Source of the DNA: Mobula hypostoma
Lineage: Eukaryota
Length of the DNA: 64,000 nt
Direction of reading: 5' to 3'
NCBI RefSeq assembly: GCF_963921235.1
Contig: NC_086097.1
Location: 72,170,001-72,234,000 of the forward strand
Shown: piece by piece, positions 14,335-26,257 of the stretch
How positions within the stretch are numbered: the first letter of the stretch is position 1
Layout: the number at the start of each line of letters is the position of its first letter
The notes under the pieces: generated by a model
What the model was told of the DNA's origin: nothing
What the model saw: only the letters and a program-made list of their open reading frames with translations
Databases searched by the model: none
Program-made: the position numbers and the translations under genes

Positions 14335-15160
14335 GGCATGGAAAACCTCCCTCCTGGCACTTATCTTTGCAAATGGTACAAGTGTTACACCTGTCCCTAC
14401 AACTCCTCCCATATTACCATTCAGGGCCCAAACAGTCCTTCCAGCTGAGGCAACACTTCACTTGTGAGTCTGTTGGGGTCACATACTGTGTTTGGTGTTG
14501 CCAGTGTGGCATCTTATATATTGGTGAGACCCGACATAGATTAGGAGACCGCTTCGCCAAGCATCTACACTCCATCCACCAGAACAAGCAGGATCTCCCA
14601 GCGGCCACCCATTTTAATTCCACTTCCCATTCCCATCCTGATATGTCCATTCATGGCCTCCTCCACTGAAATGATAAGGCCACACTTAGGCTGGAGAAAT
14701 AACACCTTATATTCCATTTGGGTAGCCTCCAACCTGATGGTATGAACATCAATTTCTCAGACTTCCACTAGAGCCTCCCCCCGCCCACTTCATCATTTCT
14801 CATCCCCTTTTCCCTCTCTCATGTTATCTCCTTGCCTGCCTATTGCCTCCCTCTAGTGCTCCTCACCCCCTTCCATTTTCTTTCCTCCATGGCCTTCTGT
14901 CTCTTTCACCAATCAACTTCCTAGCTCTTTGCTTCATCCTTCCCCTCCAAGTTTCACCTGTCATCTGGTATTTTTCTCTCCTCTCTCTCCATCTTTCAAA
15001 TCTACTCCTCAAATTTTTTCCTCCAGTCTTGCCGAAGGGTTTCAGCCCGAAATGTTAACTGTGCTTTTTCCATAGATGCTGTCTGGCCTGCTGAGTTCCT
15101 CCAGCATTTTGTGTGTGCTGCTCGGAATTCCAGCATCTGCAGATTTTCTCTTGTTTGTGC
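14335..15160 (+). mobile_element. Penelope-like element 3' part (GIY-YIG endonuclease + terminal repeat with degenerate hammerhead)
   Basis: CKWYKCYTC..FTCESVGVTYCVWCCQCGILYIGETRHRLGDRFAKH..ATHFN..LGSLQPDGMNI; pyrimidine tract; degenerate HHR at 15025-15060. Confidence 0.9.
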
Positions 15161-17110
15161 GTGGAAAAATTTATTGTGATACAATACGGTATGTAATACA
15201 CGATGCAATTACTTTTTTCTAATATGAGAGTCATGATATTTCTCTTTCTTTCAATTTTAAATCATTCTCTTTGAATTCCAGCAGACAAGGATTTGAAACA
15301 TTCCATTGAATTATTTTCATTTTCTATTTTAATGAAGTTGCTAACTAGTTCAATTGAACGATTTAATAAAATTGTGCAAAAAAGAATGTATGGCTTTAAG
15401 AGGTTTAAAGGATTTTCATTGACATTCATAAAGCCTAACATCAAGCTCTGTTTGTGTGTAAAGAAAAAGCAATTGCAGTTGCTCTTAGCATTTATGTAAA
15501 TCTGAAATACCTTCTCGATCTCAGCCGTCTGGCTGAGTTTTGGGAACCGGCCACCATTTTGCAGTAGAATGTTTCACTTTAATTACAACATCAAGCAGCT
15601 TCATTCACTGAGGAATTTCAATCCCAAACAGCTGCTTCTGAATCCCCCAAATATGCGTTAATTTGAAGTTAATTGCAGTAAGTGTAAATTAAGTAAAAGC
15701 AGAGTTATAGTAACATTACATCTAAATTATATAACAATAGAGACACTCCGCTTCTTTCACTGTGTCACATGAATGCAATTTTGTTAAACTGTCTTCTGAA
15801 TATTCTGATGCTTTGTGTCGAGCATCGTTCCAAGTGTCCTATAAAGTAAAACTGTATTTATAATTTGTTGGCTGTTTCTCCCCAAAAGCCACAAAGGATG
15901 GAGAAAATAGGAAATGATAAATGTATGTCACACCAGATAGGAGACAAGGGCTCGAATCCAAATGAAGAAAACTTATTTGAAAAGGACGCTTCATGCTTGG
16001 AATGCCAATTGCTGCAAACTGTAGATAAAAGTAGTTAAATTGTGAATCCCTACATACAAATTTAATCATTATTCAGAAATTCAATCTAACTTATACTTGG
16101 AAACAAAGGTATGATTTTCAGAACTGGTTTTGCTCTGTGTGAAAACAGAGAACATAAAGGCACATTTATGAAGTGTTTTACCATTAACAATAGTTCAATG
16201 GACATAATCCGAACAGTCATAGTGAATTAACTATATGTGAATTTACTCAATCTATTGCACAAAACACACGTTTTCAACAATAACACAGTTACAGGATAAT
16301 TTTTGGGCATATTATTATTACGTACAGAGATAAATCTGTCCATAAATCACTTTTTGTTAATATTTCCGGCACGTAAATGCTGCAAAGTTACAGGTAAAGC
16401 TCCAAGGGAGCTTCAGGGATGTCTGTTGTTATTGATTGGTGTATGGCATGTTCTTAAAGAATCAAAATTCTTTCATTCAGGGAAAAGGAGGATATATTGT
16501 ATACAATATTTGAATATATTATTTTATTTTTATATATATAGACATTCTCATTCTCTCTCTCTCTCAACTGGTGTTGCTGTTTCATGTCAAATCCAGTATA
16601 CATGTAAGAATCATTCTTCTAATATCAAAGTTTGATATTAATGCAATAACTCCAGTCTCAAGTGATCTAGGGCACTCTGTTTCAGGCTTTCAGTTATTGC
16701 AGAGTATTTAAGTGGAAGGTAAATACAGCTGTTCCTTTCTGAAATAAGTTGAACTAGGAATTGGTCTACCCTATACATAGTACTGTGATTGTGTAATAGA
16801 AGCAATCTTCCTGCTGATCTCCGGTGAGATCTCAAAGACAAAAGCAATGAAACATCATTGAAGTATGTCTACTTCTGCAAGGAAAGAATTGCAACAGTCA
16901 ATCTGCATGTTCCATGAAGAAAACCTAACAATTGAGCAAGCTATTTGTTTCAGTATTCAGATCATGGAGAAATATTCTCCCGAATTCTGCGAGATCCTTG
17001 CTATGTTTTCTTTTCCAGTTTAGGACAGGAGTCACAGAATCAAGATACAGTAATTGAAGTGATCCGTTGACCATCAAGTTGGTGCCAGTTCATAGTCAGT
17101 GAGTTTTCTA

Positions 17111-17636
17111 CACTCACTGGCCACTTTATTAGATACACCAGCTTTTTAACGCAAATATCTAATCAGACAATCATGTGGCAGCAACTCAGTGCATAAAAGC
17201 ATGCAGAGGTGGTCAAGGGATTTACTTGTTGTTCAGACCAAACATCAGAATGGGGGAGAAATGTGATCTAAGTGACTTTGACCATGGAATGATTGTTGTT
17301 CCCAGAGAGCTTGATTTGAACATTTCAGAAACTGCTGATCTCCTGGGATATTCACACACAACAGTCTCCAGAGTATACCGAGAATGATGTGTAAAAAAAA
17401 AAAATAAATTCAGTGAGTACCAGTTTTGTGTGCAAAAAATGCCTTGTTAATGACGGGAATGTGACAGTAACTCAAATAACCACACATTACAACAGCGATG
17501 TGCAAAAGAGCATCTCTGAGGACACAACACATTGAACCCTGAAGTGCCTTGGTTACAACAGCAGAAGACAACAAACATAAACTCAGTGGTGGACTTGTTA
17601 GCTACAGCAGGTGCTTAATAAAATGGCCACTGAGGG
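17111..17636 (+). mobile_element. Tc1/mariner-derived non-autonomous DNA transposon
   Basis: TA then TIR CACTCACTGGCCACTTTATTAG at 17111; inverted TAATAAAATGGCCACTGAG at ~17616-17634; HTH remnant DLSDFDHGMIV..NISETADLLGYSHTTVSRVYRE. Confidence 0.88.
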
Positions 17637-17947
17637 AAGTATGGAACTCTTGTGTTCCAACGGCTGTACCTGGTGCCCTGAAAGATGGAAGCAAATGTTC
17701 TAACACATTCTTCACAACTGACTACCTGGTCGCCACTTTCAGTATGTATCTGTACCTCTTGATCTCTGGATATCTATAATGCAGTTAATCAAGAACCTGT
17801 CTCTACTGCCCCCAAATAATTTCCTTTCAGGTAATTGTCCCGCTCTTCTGAATCTGCCTTCACACCTACCGTACAGCTGGCAATGCACTCCAAAGTTTTT
17901 CAACATGTCACTTTTTCAGAATCAGAATCAGGTTTAATATCATAGAC

Positions 17948-18589
17948 AGTCATGGTCCCGACGGTTAATTTGCCATTTTCTCCTAATTTCCTTTGATGGT
18001 GGCACACCTGGTTTTCATCAAGACTTGCAGCATAAGAACCCTGGCTTTGCATCCACTAGTTGCCAGATCGTTGGTTTTGCTAATGTGTTAATTAACATTT
18101 CCTGGCCGCTTAGGACTGTGTGTTCTAAGTTTTGTTTCAGTAGGGGAGCAAACTTAGAGGAAGACCTCGGCTTAGGTACATCAAAAGCCTAGCCAGGTGG
18201 CTACAATCGAGGAAATGGAAGTCATCCAAAGAACGAGGGATAGATCTATTTGGAAAACCATGGTCACCAACGATCGCATCAGATATGAAACCTATACAGA
18301 CAGACAGACTGAGATTTACCTGTGAAACTCAGTCCCTTCGTGTCAAGATAAGTACTCTTAAGTTTTGCTTCAGTTCGGAGGTTTACCTGTGTAACTCCAT
18401 CTCTCAGTGCTAAGAGAAGTTTTGTCTGCCGTTTTCCTTTCTACACTCCGTGTCAAGATAGGTTCTGCCTGCCTCCTGCTTTCCTGCACTCCCTCCTGTT
18501 TGCCGTTCAACGCTCACGCCCGCATCTGCATCCTAACTCAATCTCTGTGTCTGTGTCCTACGTTTAGGTTCACCTCGTTCATTGCAACA
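17948..18589 (+). repeat. 5' LTR (contains a 166-bp RTE insertion)
   Basis: Collinear with 22476-22949 apart from the insert at 18143-18308. Confidence 0.95.
18143..18308 (+). mobile_element. RTE-clade LINE 3' end inserted in the 5' LTR
   Basis: Absent from the 3' LTR (CAGTA|CTGAGA); translates RGRPRLRYIKSLARWL..EVIQRTRDRSIWKTMVTN; ends in an (ACAG)n tail. Confidence 0.8.
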
Positions 18590-18601
18590 GAATGACCTGG
18601 C
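18590..18601 (+). promoter_or_regulatory. Primer-binding site, probable self-priming type
   Basis: AATGACCTGGC directly after the LTR end; no TGG tRNA-type start; complementary to LTR 18062-18072 GCCAGATCGTT with one G:U and one mismatch. Confidence 0.65.
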
Positions 18602-18605
18602 CACC

Positions 18606-19640
18606 ATGTGCCCAGTGGACATGTATACCCTGCAACAAGCCCTGGCCAGCCAGGGTTCCCTACTGGGACAGCACAACCAACTCCTCCGGGAGGTCATGGA
18701 GAGCCTCCGTTCCCGGACTGCTCACGTCACGCAGATCGGTGACCAGGTGGACCGTGTATCCACTCATTTTACTTACCCCACTCCTGGAACCCTGTCTAAC
18801 CAGCCCAGTCAGCCTGTAGCAGCAACCCCCTACGTGTCAGCAACACCCCCGCCAAGAGAGCCTCACGTACCTGAACCAGAGCACGATGCTGGGGATTTGG
18901 GGAAGTACCGGGCCTTCCTTCTTCAGTGCTCCTTGGTGTTCGAACATCAGTCGTCCACGTACTCCACGGATAAGTCAAAGATAGCTTATATCATGGGGTT
19001 GTTGCAGGGAAGTGCATTAGCGTGGGCCACAGCTGTTTGGGATAACCAACCAGATATCTGCTCTTCCTTTGCCACCTTGATCGCGGAAATGAGAAAGATC
19101 TTTGACCACCCTGTCTGTGGTAAAGAGGCCACCAAGCATCTACTCACTCTCTGCCAGGGCTCACGTAGTGTTGCCGGATATTCCGTGGGGTTCCGGACAT
19201 TAGCAGCCGACTTCGGGTGGAATGCTGAGGCACTCCAAGGGGTATTTCGGAATGGTCTTAGCGACATGGTGAAAGACAGGTTGGCGGTAAGAGACTACAC
19301 CGATATCCTGGACTCCCTGATCTCCCTAGCCACCAGGTTGGATGATCGCCTCCGAGAACACCATAGAAAAGGAACTGGTCGTCCACCACCTTTGGCCACT
19401 CCACAGCACTCATTACCGCCTCCTGCCAGAACAAGCCTCTCTCCTCCTCCTGCTCCTAGAGTAGTTCCCAGCCCTGCCATTTCCACCGCCCCTGGAGAGG
19501 AACCCATGCAGCTGGGATGGAACCAACTTTCCCCCGCTGAATGACTCCGGAGATTGAGAGCTAGTGAGTGTCTCTATTGCAGCCAGTCCAGTCACTTCCA
19601 TGCTACCTGTTCCCTTCGGCAAAGAGGGAAGGCACCAGTA
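18606..19640 (+). pseudogene. gag: Sushi-type Gag with a premature stop just before the CCHC zinc knuckle
   Basis: Open from CCACCATG (18606) to TGA 19542-19544; FLLQC..KIAYIMGLLQGSALAW..LCQGSRSVAGY..EEPMQLG; CLYCSQSSHFHATC follows in frame after the stop. Confidence 0.9.
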
Positions 19641-22350
19641 GAAAGGGGACCCTGGTGAGCCAGACAACATTCCCTTCCGTCCCCCGACCCCGGATGCAGC
19701 TTTAAGCCACTTTGTGTTGCAAACAACAGTCCCTGCCTCTGTCAGCTCCAGTGGACTCCGGCGCTGAGGGAAACTTTCTGGATGAAAACTTAGCCTTCCA
19801 AACCGGAATTCCTTGTGAGCCATTGAGTACCCCCTGGAAGCCCGGGCACTGGACGGTCGACTACTGGCCCGAGTCACACACTGCATAGAACCCCTGTCTC
19901 TCCTTCTCTCCGGAAACCATCAGGGTCAGGTACGATTCAATTTAATTCCTTTCCTCAAGCCCCTATAGTTCTTGGTTATAACATAACCAGGAGGGAGATG
20001 AGTGGAAAACAGCTTTTAACAGCCCCCTCGGTCATTTCAAATATCTGGTCACGCCATTCGGTCTCATGAATGCCCCCGCTGTCTTCCAAGTCCTGGTAAA
20101 CGACGTCCTTAGGGATCTTATTAACCGCTTCATTTTTGTTTATTTGGACGACATCCTAATCTTCTACCATATTCTTCAGGAACACACCCACCATGTCCAT
20201 CAGGTTCTTCGAGGCGTTTGGAGAACAAGCTATTCGTTAAAGCAGAATAATGTCGGTTCTGTCAGTTTCCTGGGGTACATCATTGACAGCGGGCAACTGA
20301 GAGCGGATCCTGAAAAGATCCGGGCGGTGGTGGAGTGGCCAAAACCCACGATGCTCAAACAACTCCCGTGATTTCTAGGGTTCGCAAACTGCTACCATCG
20401 CTTCATCAGGGATTACAGCCGGATGGCAGCACCCCTCACTCGACTCACCTCTCCTGTGACCCCTTTTCACTGGGACCCCGAAGCGGACTCAGCCTTCTCG
20501 GAGCTGAGGAGGTGTTTCACCTCTGCTCCCATGCTGGCCCAACCTGATCCTTCTCGCCAATTCGTTGTGGAAGTCAACTCCTCCGACTCTGAGGTGGGAG
20601 CAGTCCTCTCCCAACGCTCCGGCCCAGACCAAAAGCTCCATCCCTGCGCTTTCTTCTTTCGCCGTCTATCCCCCTCCGAATGGAACTGCAACGTAGGGAA
20701 CCGGGAGTTGCTAGCCGTCAAATTCGCCTTGGAGGAGTGGAGGCACTGGCTGGAGGGAGATGAACATCCATTCATTGTCTGGACGGGCCATAAGAACCTG
20801 GCATACATCTAAACTGCTAAACGCCTGAATTCCCACCAAGCCCGTGGGCATTATTTTTTGGCCGTTTCAAATTCACCGCCACCTATCGTCCTGGTTCCAA
20901 GAATGGGAAGCCAGATGCTCTCTCTCGTCAATATGTCTTTAAGGAGGGCCTTCCCAACCTCAAGACCATCCTTCCACCATCCTGTGTTGTGGCAGCCCTC
21001 ACCTGGGAGATCGAATCCATAGTCAGAGAGGCCCAACGGACTCAACCTGACCCAGGCATTGAACCCCCCCCCCCAATCGCCTCTTTGTGCCTGACTCTGT
21101 TCGGTCTTAGGTTCTCCAGTGGGGGCATAACTCTTGTTTCGCCTGCCATCCTGGAATCAGTCGAACTCTCCATTCTGAAGTGACATTTCTGGTGGATCAC
21201 CATGGATGCTGACACTCGCTCCTTCAGTCTCTGCCTGTTCTGCCTGTGCTCGCGGGAAAGCCCCCCATCAACCACCTGCTGGGCTGCTTCATCCCCTACC
21301 TGTCCCTAGCCGCCCTTGGTCCCACATTGGTCTGGATTTCATTACTGGACTACCCCCTTCACATGGTAACACTGCTGTACTCACCATACTGGACCGTTTC
21401 TCCAAAACCGTGCACTTCATAGCCCTTCCCAAACTCCCTACAGCCCGTGAAACAGCCACCCTCCTTGTCCATCATGTCTTTCACCTTCATGGAATTCCCT
21501 CTGACATTGTTTCTGACCGGGGCCCCCAATTCATCTCTCAAGTCTGGAGATCCTTCTGTCAAGCTCTTAGAGCCTCAGTAAACCTGTCTTCCAGTTTCCA
21601 TCTGCAGACTAATGGTCAAACAGAACGAGCAAACCAGGATTTGGAAGCAGCACTGCGCTGCATAACCGCCAACAGCCTGTCGTCCTGGAGCACCCATATC
21701 ACTTGGGTGGAGTATACCCACAACTCCCTGGTCAGTACCGCCACAGGAACGCCTCCCTTCGAATACTCCCTCAGTTATTAACCCCCTCTGTTTCCTGCCC
21801 ATGAGGACGATATTGCTGTGCCTTCTGCTCAGGCTCATCTCTGCCAGTGCTGTAAGATTTGAAAGATGCACGTGCGGCCCTGCTCTGCTCAGCTGACCAC
21901 AACCGGAGGATGGTCGATCGCCATCGAATTCCTGCACTCTACTATCGGCCTGGTCAGAAGGTTTGGCTCTCTTCAAAAGACATCTCGCTCAAGAATGAGC
22001 CTAAAAAAACTCACCCCTCGTTACCTCAGACTATTCGAAATTGAGAGCATCATCACCCCCTCAGTGGTCAAACTCAAACTGCCCAGATCCATGCATATTC
22101 ATCCCATGTTCCACATTTCCCAACTGAAACCCATGTCTGTCAGCCCTTTGTGCCCTCCTGCTGAACTTCCTCCACCCACCCGAATCATTGACAACTACCC
22201 AGCTTACACCATCCGGCGAATACTGGATGTGCGCCGCTGAGGCAGGGGTCTCCAGTACCTGGTCGACTGGGAGGGATACGGTCCCGAGGAGCGCACCTAG
22301 ATTCCCCGCTCCTTCATCTTGGACCCTTCCCTCATCTGAGATTTCCATCA
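19641..22350 (+). pseudogene. pol: Pol (protease, RT, RNase H, integrase, chromodomain); frameshifted and internally deleted
   Basis: [99 protein letters not shown]. Confidence 0.93.
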
Positions 22351-22405
22351 AGACAATCTGGACAAGCCTGGTGGTTCACCTGGAGGCTCCCATTGAGGGG
22401 AGTAC

Positions 22406-22949
22406 TGTCACGGTCCCGACCGTTAATTCTCCATTTTCTCCTAATTCCCTATTTCTTCCCAATTCCCTTTGACTGTGCCACGGTTCCAACCGTTAATTCC
22501 CCATTTTCTCCTAATTTCCTTTGATGGCAGCACACCTGTTTTTCATCAAGACCTGCAGCATAAGAACCCCAACTTTACACCCACTAGTTACCAGATCGTT
22601 GGTTTTGCCAGTGTGGTAATTAACATTTCCCAGCAGCTTAGGATTCTGTGTTCTAAGTTTTGCTTCAGTACTGAGATTTACCTGTGAAACTCAGTCTCTC
22701 CGTGTCAAGATAAGTATTCTAAGTTTTATTTCAGCACCAAAGTTTACCTGTGTAACTCCGTCTTTCCGTGCAAGAAAAGTTTTGTCTGCCACTTTCCTTT
22801 CTACACTTCGTGTCAAGATAAGTTCTGCCTGCCTCCTGCTTTCCTGCACTCCCTCCTGTTTGCCATTCAACGCTCATGCCTGCAACTGCATCCTAATTCA
22901 ATCTCAGTGCCTGTGTCCTGCATTTGGGTTCGACTCGTTCGTTGCAACA
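22406..22949 (+). repeat. 3' LTR with a duplicated 5' end (extra ~70 bp)
   Basis: TGTCACGGTCCCGACCGTTAATT at 22406 is repeated as TGCCACGGTTCCAACCGTTAATT at 22476; preceded by PPT GAGGGGAG. Confidence 0.95.
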
Positions 22950-23039
22950 TAGGCATGTGACATGAATTTTGTTTTGGTATTTCTGCAAACTTTCATAATC
23001 CTATGTCTCTTTGTTCTTGGCCCTCCTTCCAGTGGGTAC

Positions 23040-23500
23040 AGTTTCTTGCCATTTATTCTGTAGATAGCATTCATTTTGAGAGTCTCTATCTGAGCCCCTC
23101 ACAACTTCCTCTGTTCCCAGGAAAAAAGTCCCAGCTGCTCCAGACTAACCAAAGAACTCAAGTCCCTCATCCCTGCATCATCCAATTAAACCTCTCCAGT
23201 ACTTTCACTAACCCTAACCCTAACTTATAATACAGCTCCCAGACCTGGACACATTGCTCCAGTTGCGGTCAGATTAATATTTTGTAAAGGTTCATCATGA
23301 CTTTCTTTCTTTTATATTTTGTCATGGCAGGAGGAGAGCAGACCATATGCATTTTAACCACTTCCTTTAACCTGCATTATGAACTACAAACATATTTTGC
23401 TATCTCTCTTGTGTACTCATCTTAGAATTATGCCATCCCATTTATGTCATCTCCTTTCATTCTTCTATCCAAAATGCAATGTTTCATATTTCTCGGCAGC
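23040..23500 (-). mobile_element. Old CR1 RT fragment (a further piece lies at ~24290-24510)
   Basis: Resembles the reverse complement of CR1 RT (CCAGACCTGGACACATTGCTCCAG; GATTTGCCTTTATCAAATCCATGCTG). Confidence 0.6.
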
Positions 23501-23669
23501 TGACTGGCTTCTCTACATCTTTTTGAAGTCTATTCCACATTCACTAGACCTCCAGGTTTTGTGCCACTTTACAGATTTGTACATCAAAGCCAAGTTATTT
23601 ATATGTATTAAGAAAAGCAGTTATCTGAGTAGTGACTGCTGGGTATCTTCAAAGTTCATTTCCCCACAC

Positions 23670-24176
23670 CATGAAAAAATCAGGTTGGAGGAACAACACC
23701 TTATATTCGGTCTGGGTAGCCTCCAACCTGATGGAATGAGCATTGATTTCTCCAACTTCCATTAATGTCCCTCCTTCCCTTCTTACCCCATCCCTATCTA
23801 TCTATCTATCTATCTATCTATTTATTTATTTATTTTCTCTCTTTCCCTCTCACGATAACTCCTTGCCAGTTCTCCATCTTCCTCTGGTGCTCCCCTCTCC
23901 CTTTCTTTCTTCCAAGGCCTTCCGTCCCATGATACTCCCCCTTCTCCAGCCTTGTATCGCTTTTGCCAGTTAACTTCCCAGCTCTTGGCTTCATCCCTCC
24001 CCCTCCTGTTTTCTCCTATCATTTCAGGTCTGCCCCTCTCTCTCCCACTTTCAAATCTCTTAATATCTCTTTTTTCCGTTAGTCCTGACGAAGGGTCTCA
24101 ACCTGAAACGTCGACTGTGCTTCTTCCTATGGATGCTGCCTGGCCTGCTGCATTCACCAGCATTTTGTGTGTGTTG
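23670..24176 (+). mobile_element. Penelope-like 3' fragment / terminal repeat
   Basis: RLEEQHLIFGLGSLQPDGMSIDFSNF, (ATCT)n, pyrimidine tract, hammerhead and conserved tail; same subfamily as 51108-51568. Confidence 0.9.
24081..24116 (+). ncRNA. Minimal type-I hammerhead ribozyme motif, core intact
   Basis: AGTC-CTGACGA-AGG gtctcaa CCT-GAAA-CG-TC|GACT: stem I AGTC/GACT, core CUGAnGA, stem II, GAAA, palindromic ACGT stem III, GUC cleavage triplet. Confidence 0.8.
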
Positions 24177-25887
24177 CCCTTACCACCTTGTTATTTCTAG
24201 CAACTTAGCCAATTGCTCTTGTTGCTTCAGTTCATTTCATTCCATGAGCTTCAATCAAGATGACAAGCTATTATGTGGCTCCATATCAAACATCTTTGGA
24301 AGTCTATTAACACTAAATTAATTGCAATTCTCCATTCAACCCTCCCTGCAACTTCATCAAAAATCTCTGCAGTTAGTTAAACGTGATTTGCCTTTATCAA
24401 ATCCATGCTGACTTCTTCTTATCAATCCACACTTGTCCAAATATCTGCTAATTCAGCCTTTGATTATTGCTTTTAGTATTTGCCCTATAACTGATGTTAA
24501 ACTGGTTTGATTTTTGTTAAACAAAAGCCAGCTGAAGAGGAACTGCCACGCATTTGTAATGTAATTCTTCTGAAATGTTTAAATGTGAAGTTCAGGAATA
24601 TTTTATTTTAGCATCTGTGGAATTATTTCTGACATTTAAAGAAATGGAATATAATGAGGAAAAAGTGCCAAGAATGTCCTTTGTATGTGCAGCTGCATGA
24701 TCTTGGATATAAGCAAGTCTTCAGAGACAATGAGTCACTACAATCATCGTATATTCCCATTCAAGATGAAGCTAAAATGAGGCACATATTTATTCTTTAG
24801 TAAAACACATCTTTGGAGAGGTTTCATTTGAAAATTTTGATTCATTCTTGAAATTATTTATTTTTATATACATTGCCTGAAAGCCTTTTTTTTTTGCTTT
24901 GCTTTCAAAGGTAAATATCCGCCTAGATGTTTCACTCACGATTTATTACAGAATATCTTGTTCTCATTTTGCGCTTTGGCATAGACAGCACAAAACTTAA
25001 AGAAAGCTCCTAACTTGTCCCCACATGACATGTAAACCTACACTTATTAAGGCAGATTTCATTTACACTTCCTTCAGCCAGAACCTACTTTTAAAATGTA
25101 TTTAAAATTTTGGTTTTGATTTTCAAAATTTAAAGCTTATATCAACATCACAAATAGAACATTAGTTAATTTTGATGAAGTTCTTCGGATGAGGAGCCCT
25201 GCAGAGTGAGTTACTAATCTTAATGGAAACTTAGGAGAATATACAGGTATTGAGCAAGGGTGCATCACATGGGCTTTGAATCAAGTAATTAAACATCAAT
25301 TTCACAAATTCATAGACATTGATCCTGTGGGCAGTGAAAATGTAACAGAACACTCTGCTGTTCTTGAAGAAAGAAACCTCAACTGATCGAACAAATCATT
25401 AAAGAGTAGATTTCACTTCTTTAATCATTGACTTCCATCAGGCAGTAACTCAATAAGTTTGATAACACCAATATCATTCAGTTGACCTGGCCACCAACCT
25501 CCCACAGACAGCAAGCAAAGAATTAAAGAGCCTCTGTCTTTTCACCAACGTTTTAAAATATTGTGGAGAATGAAATAGTAATTGGACATTCACCTGGGAT
25601 CAGGTTAAAAGATGCAATTTCACAAATGTTTGAAATTTTAGGAAATTATTTTAAGGAGTATGTCACCCCACTTATATAAATTATGATAATACATTAGATG
25701 GTATTAGCATCAGAAAGGTCTTGATAATCAACAGTTAAGGAAGATTATGATATTAAAAATTCACTTACATTTTTGTGGAACAATGTATAAAATTGTCAGG
25801 GTATTTTGTTGGACTGTGGTTCATAAAAGCTATGGTTCCTGTCAGTTTACTGATTTATGGAGATTACACTGGATAAGGCTGCAAATT

Positions 25888-26035
25888 GGAGCAACACACA
25901 CGAAATGTTGACAGAACTCAATAGATCAGGCAGCATCTATGGAGGGAAATGAACAGTCAACTTTTCAGGCTGAGACGCTATGTCATTCTTATGTGTTTTG
26001 ATCCAGATTTCCAGCATTTGGATTCTCTATTGTGC
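25888..26035. mobile_element. Short Penelope terminal-repeat unit with partial inverted tail
   Basis: Minus-strand tail up to a degenerate HHR (~25955-25985), then plus-strand tail GATTTCCAGCATTTGGATTCTC. Confidence 0.65.
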
Positions 26036-26257
26036 AAAATGGAAAAGCCTGGAATCACTATCAGCAATTTATGCATTTCTGTATTTAAGCATAGGTACAT
26101 AATAGTAATGTTACTGCCAGATTTCATCCAATGTAACTTTGATTATCTCACCATTTATTTACACTGCGCTTTACAAATGCTATAGTAATTAATTTAGATC
26201 TTCCCTGTTAATACATATATTTTTAATCTAAAAGGTAGCTGAGCAAAGGAAACATAA

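Larger units (their letters stand above)
17948..22949 (+). mobile_element. Ty3/Gypsy chromovirus LTR retrotransposon (Sushi/Tf1 group); structurally complete but with inactivated ORFs and an internal pol deletion
   Basis: Two LTRs ((A)GTCA...GCAACA and TGTCA...GCAACA); 5-bp TSD TAGAC/TAGGC; PPT at ~22395; gag-PR-RT-RH-IN-chromodomain order. Confidence 0.97.

Noticed and set aside
19413..22351. Minus-strand ORFs over the Gypsy element
   Set aside because: Antisense shadows of GC-rich pol
23208..23224. Telomeric repeat (CTAACC)n
   Set aside because: Fewer than three units; too short to call
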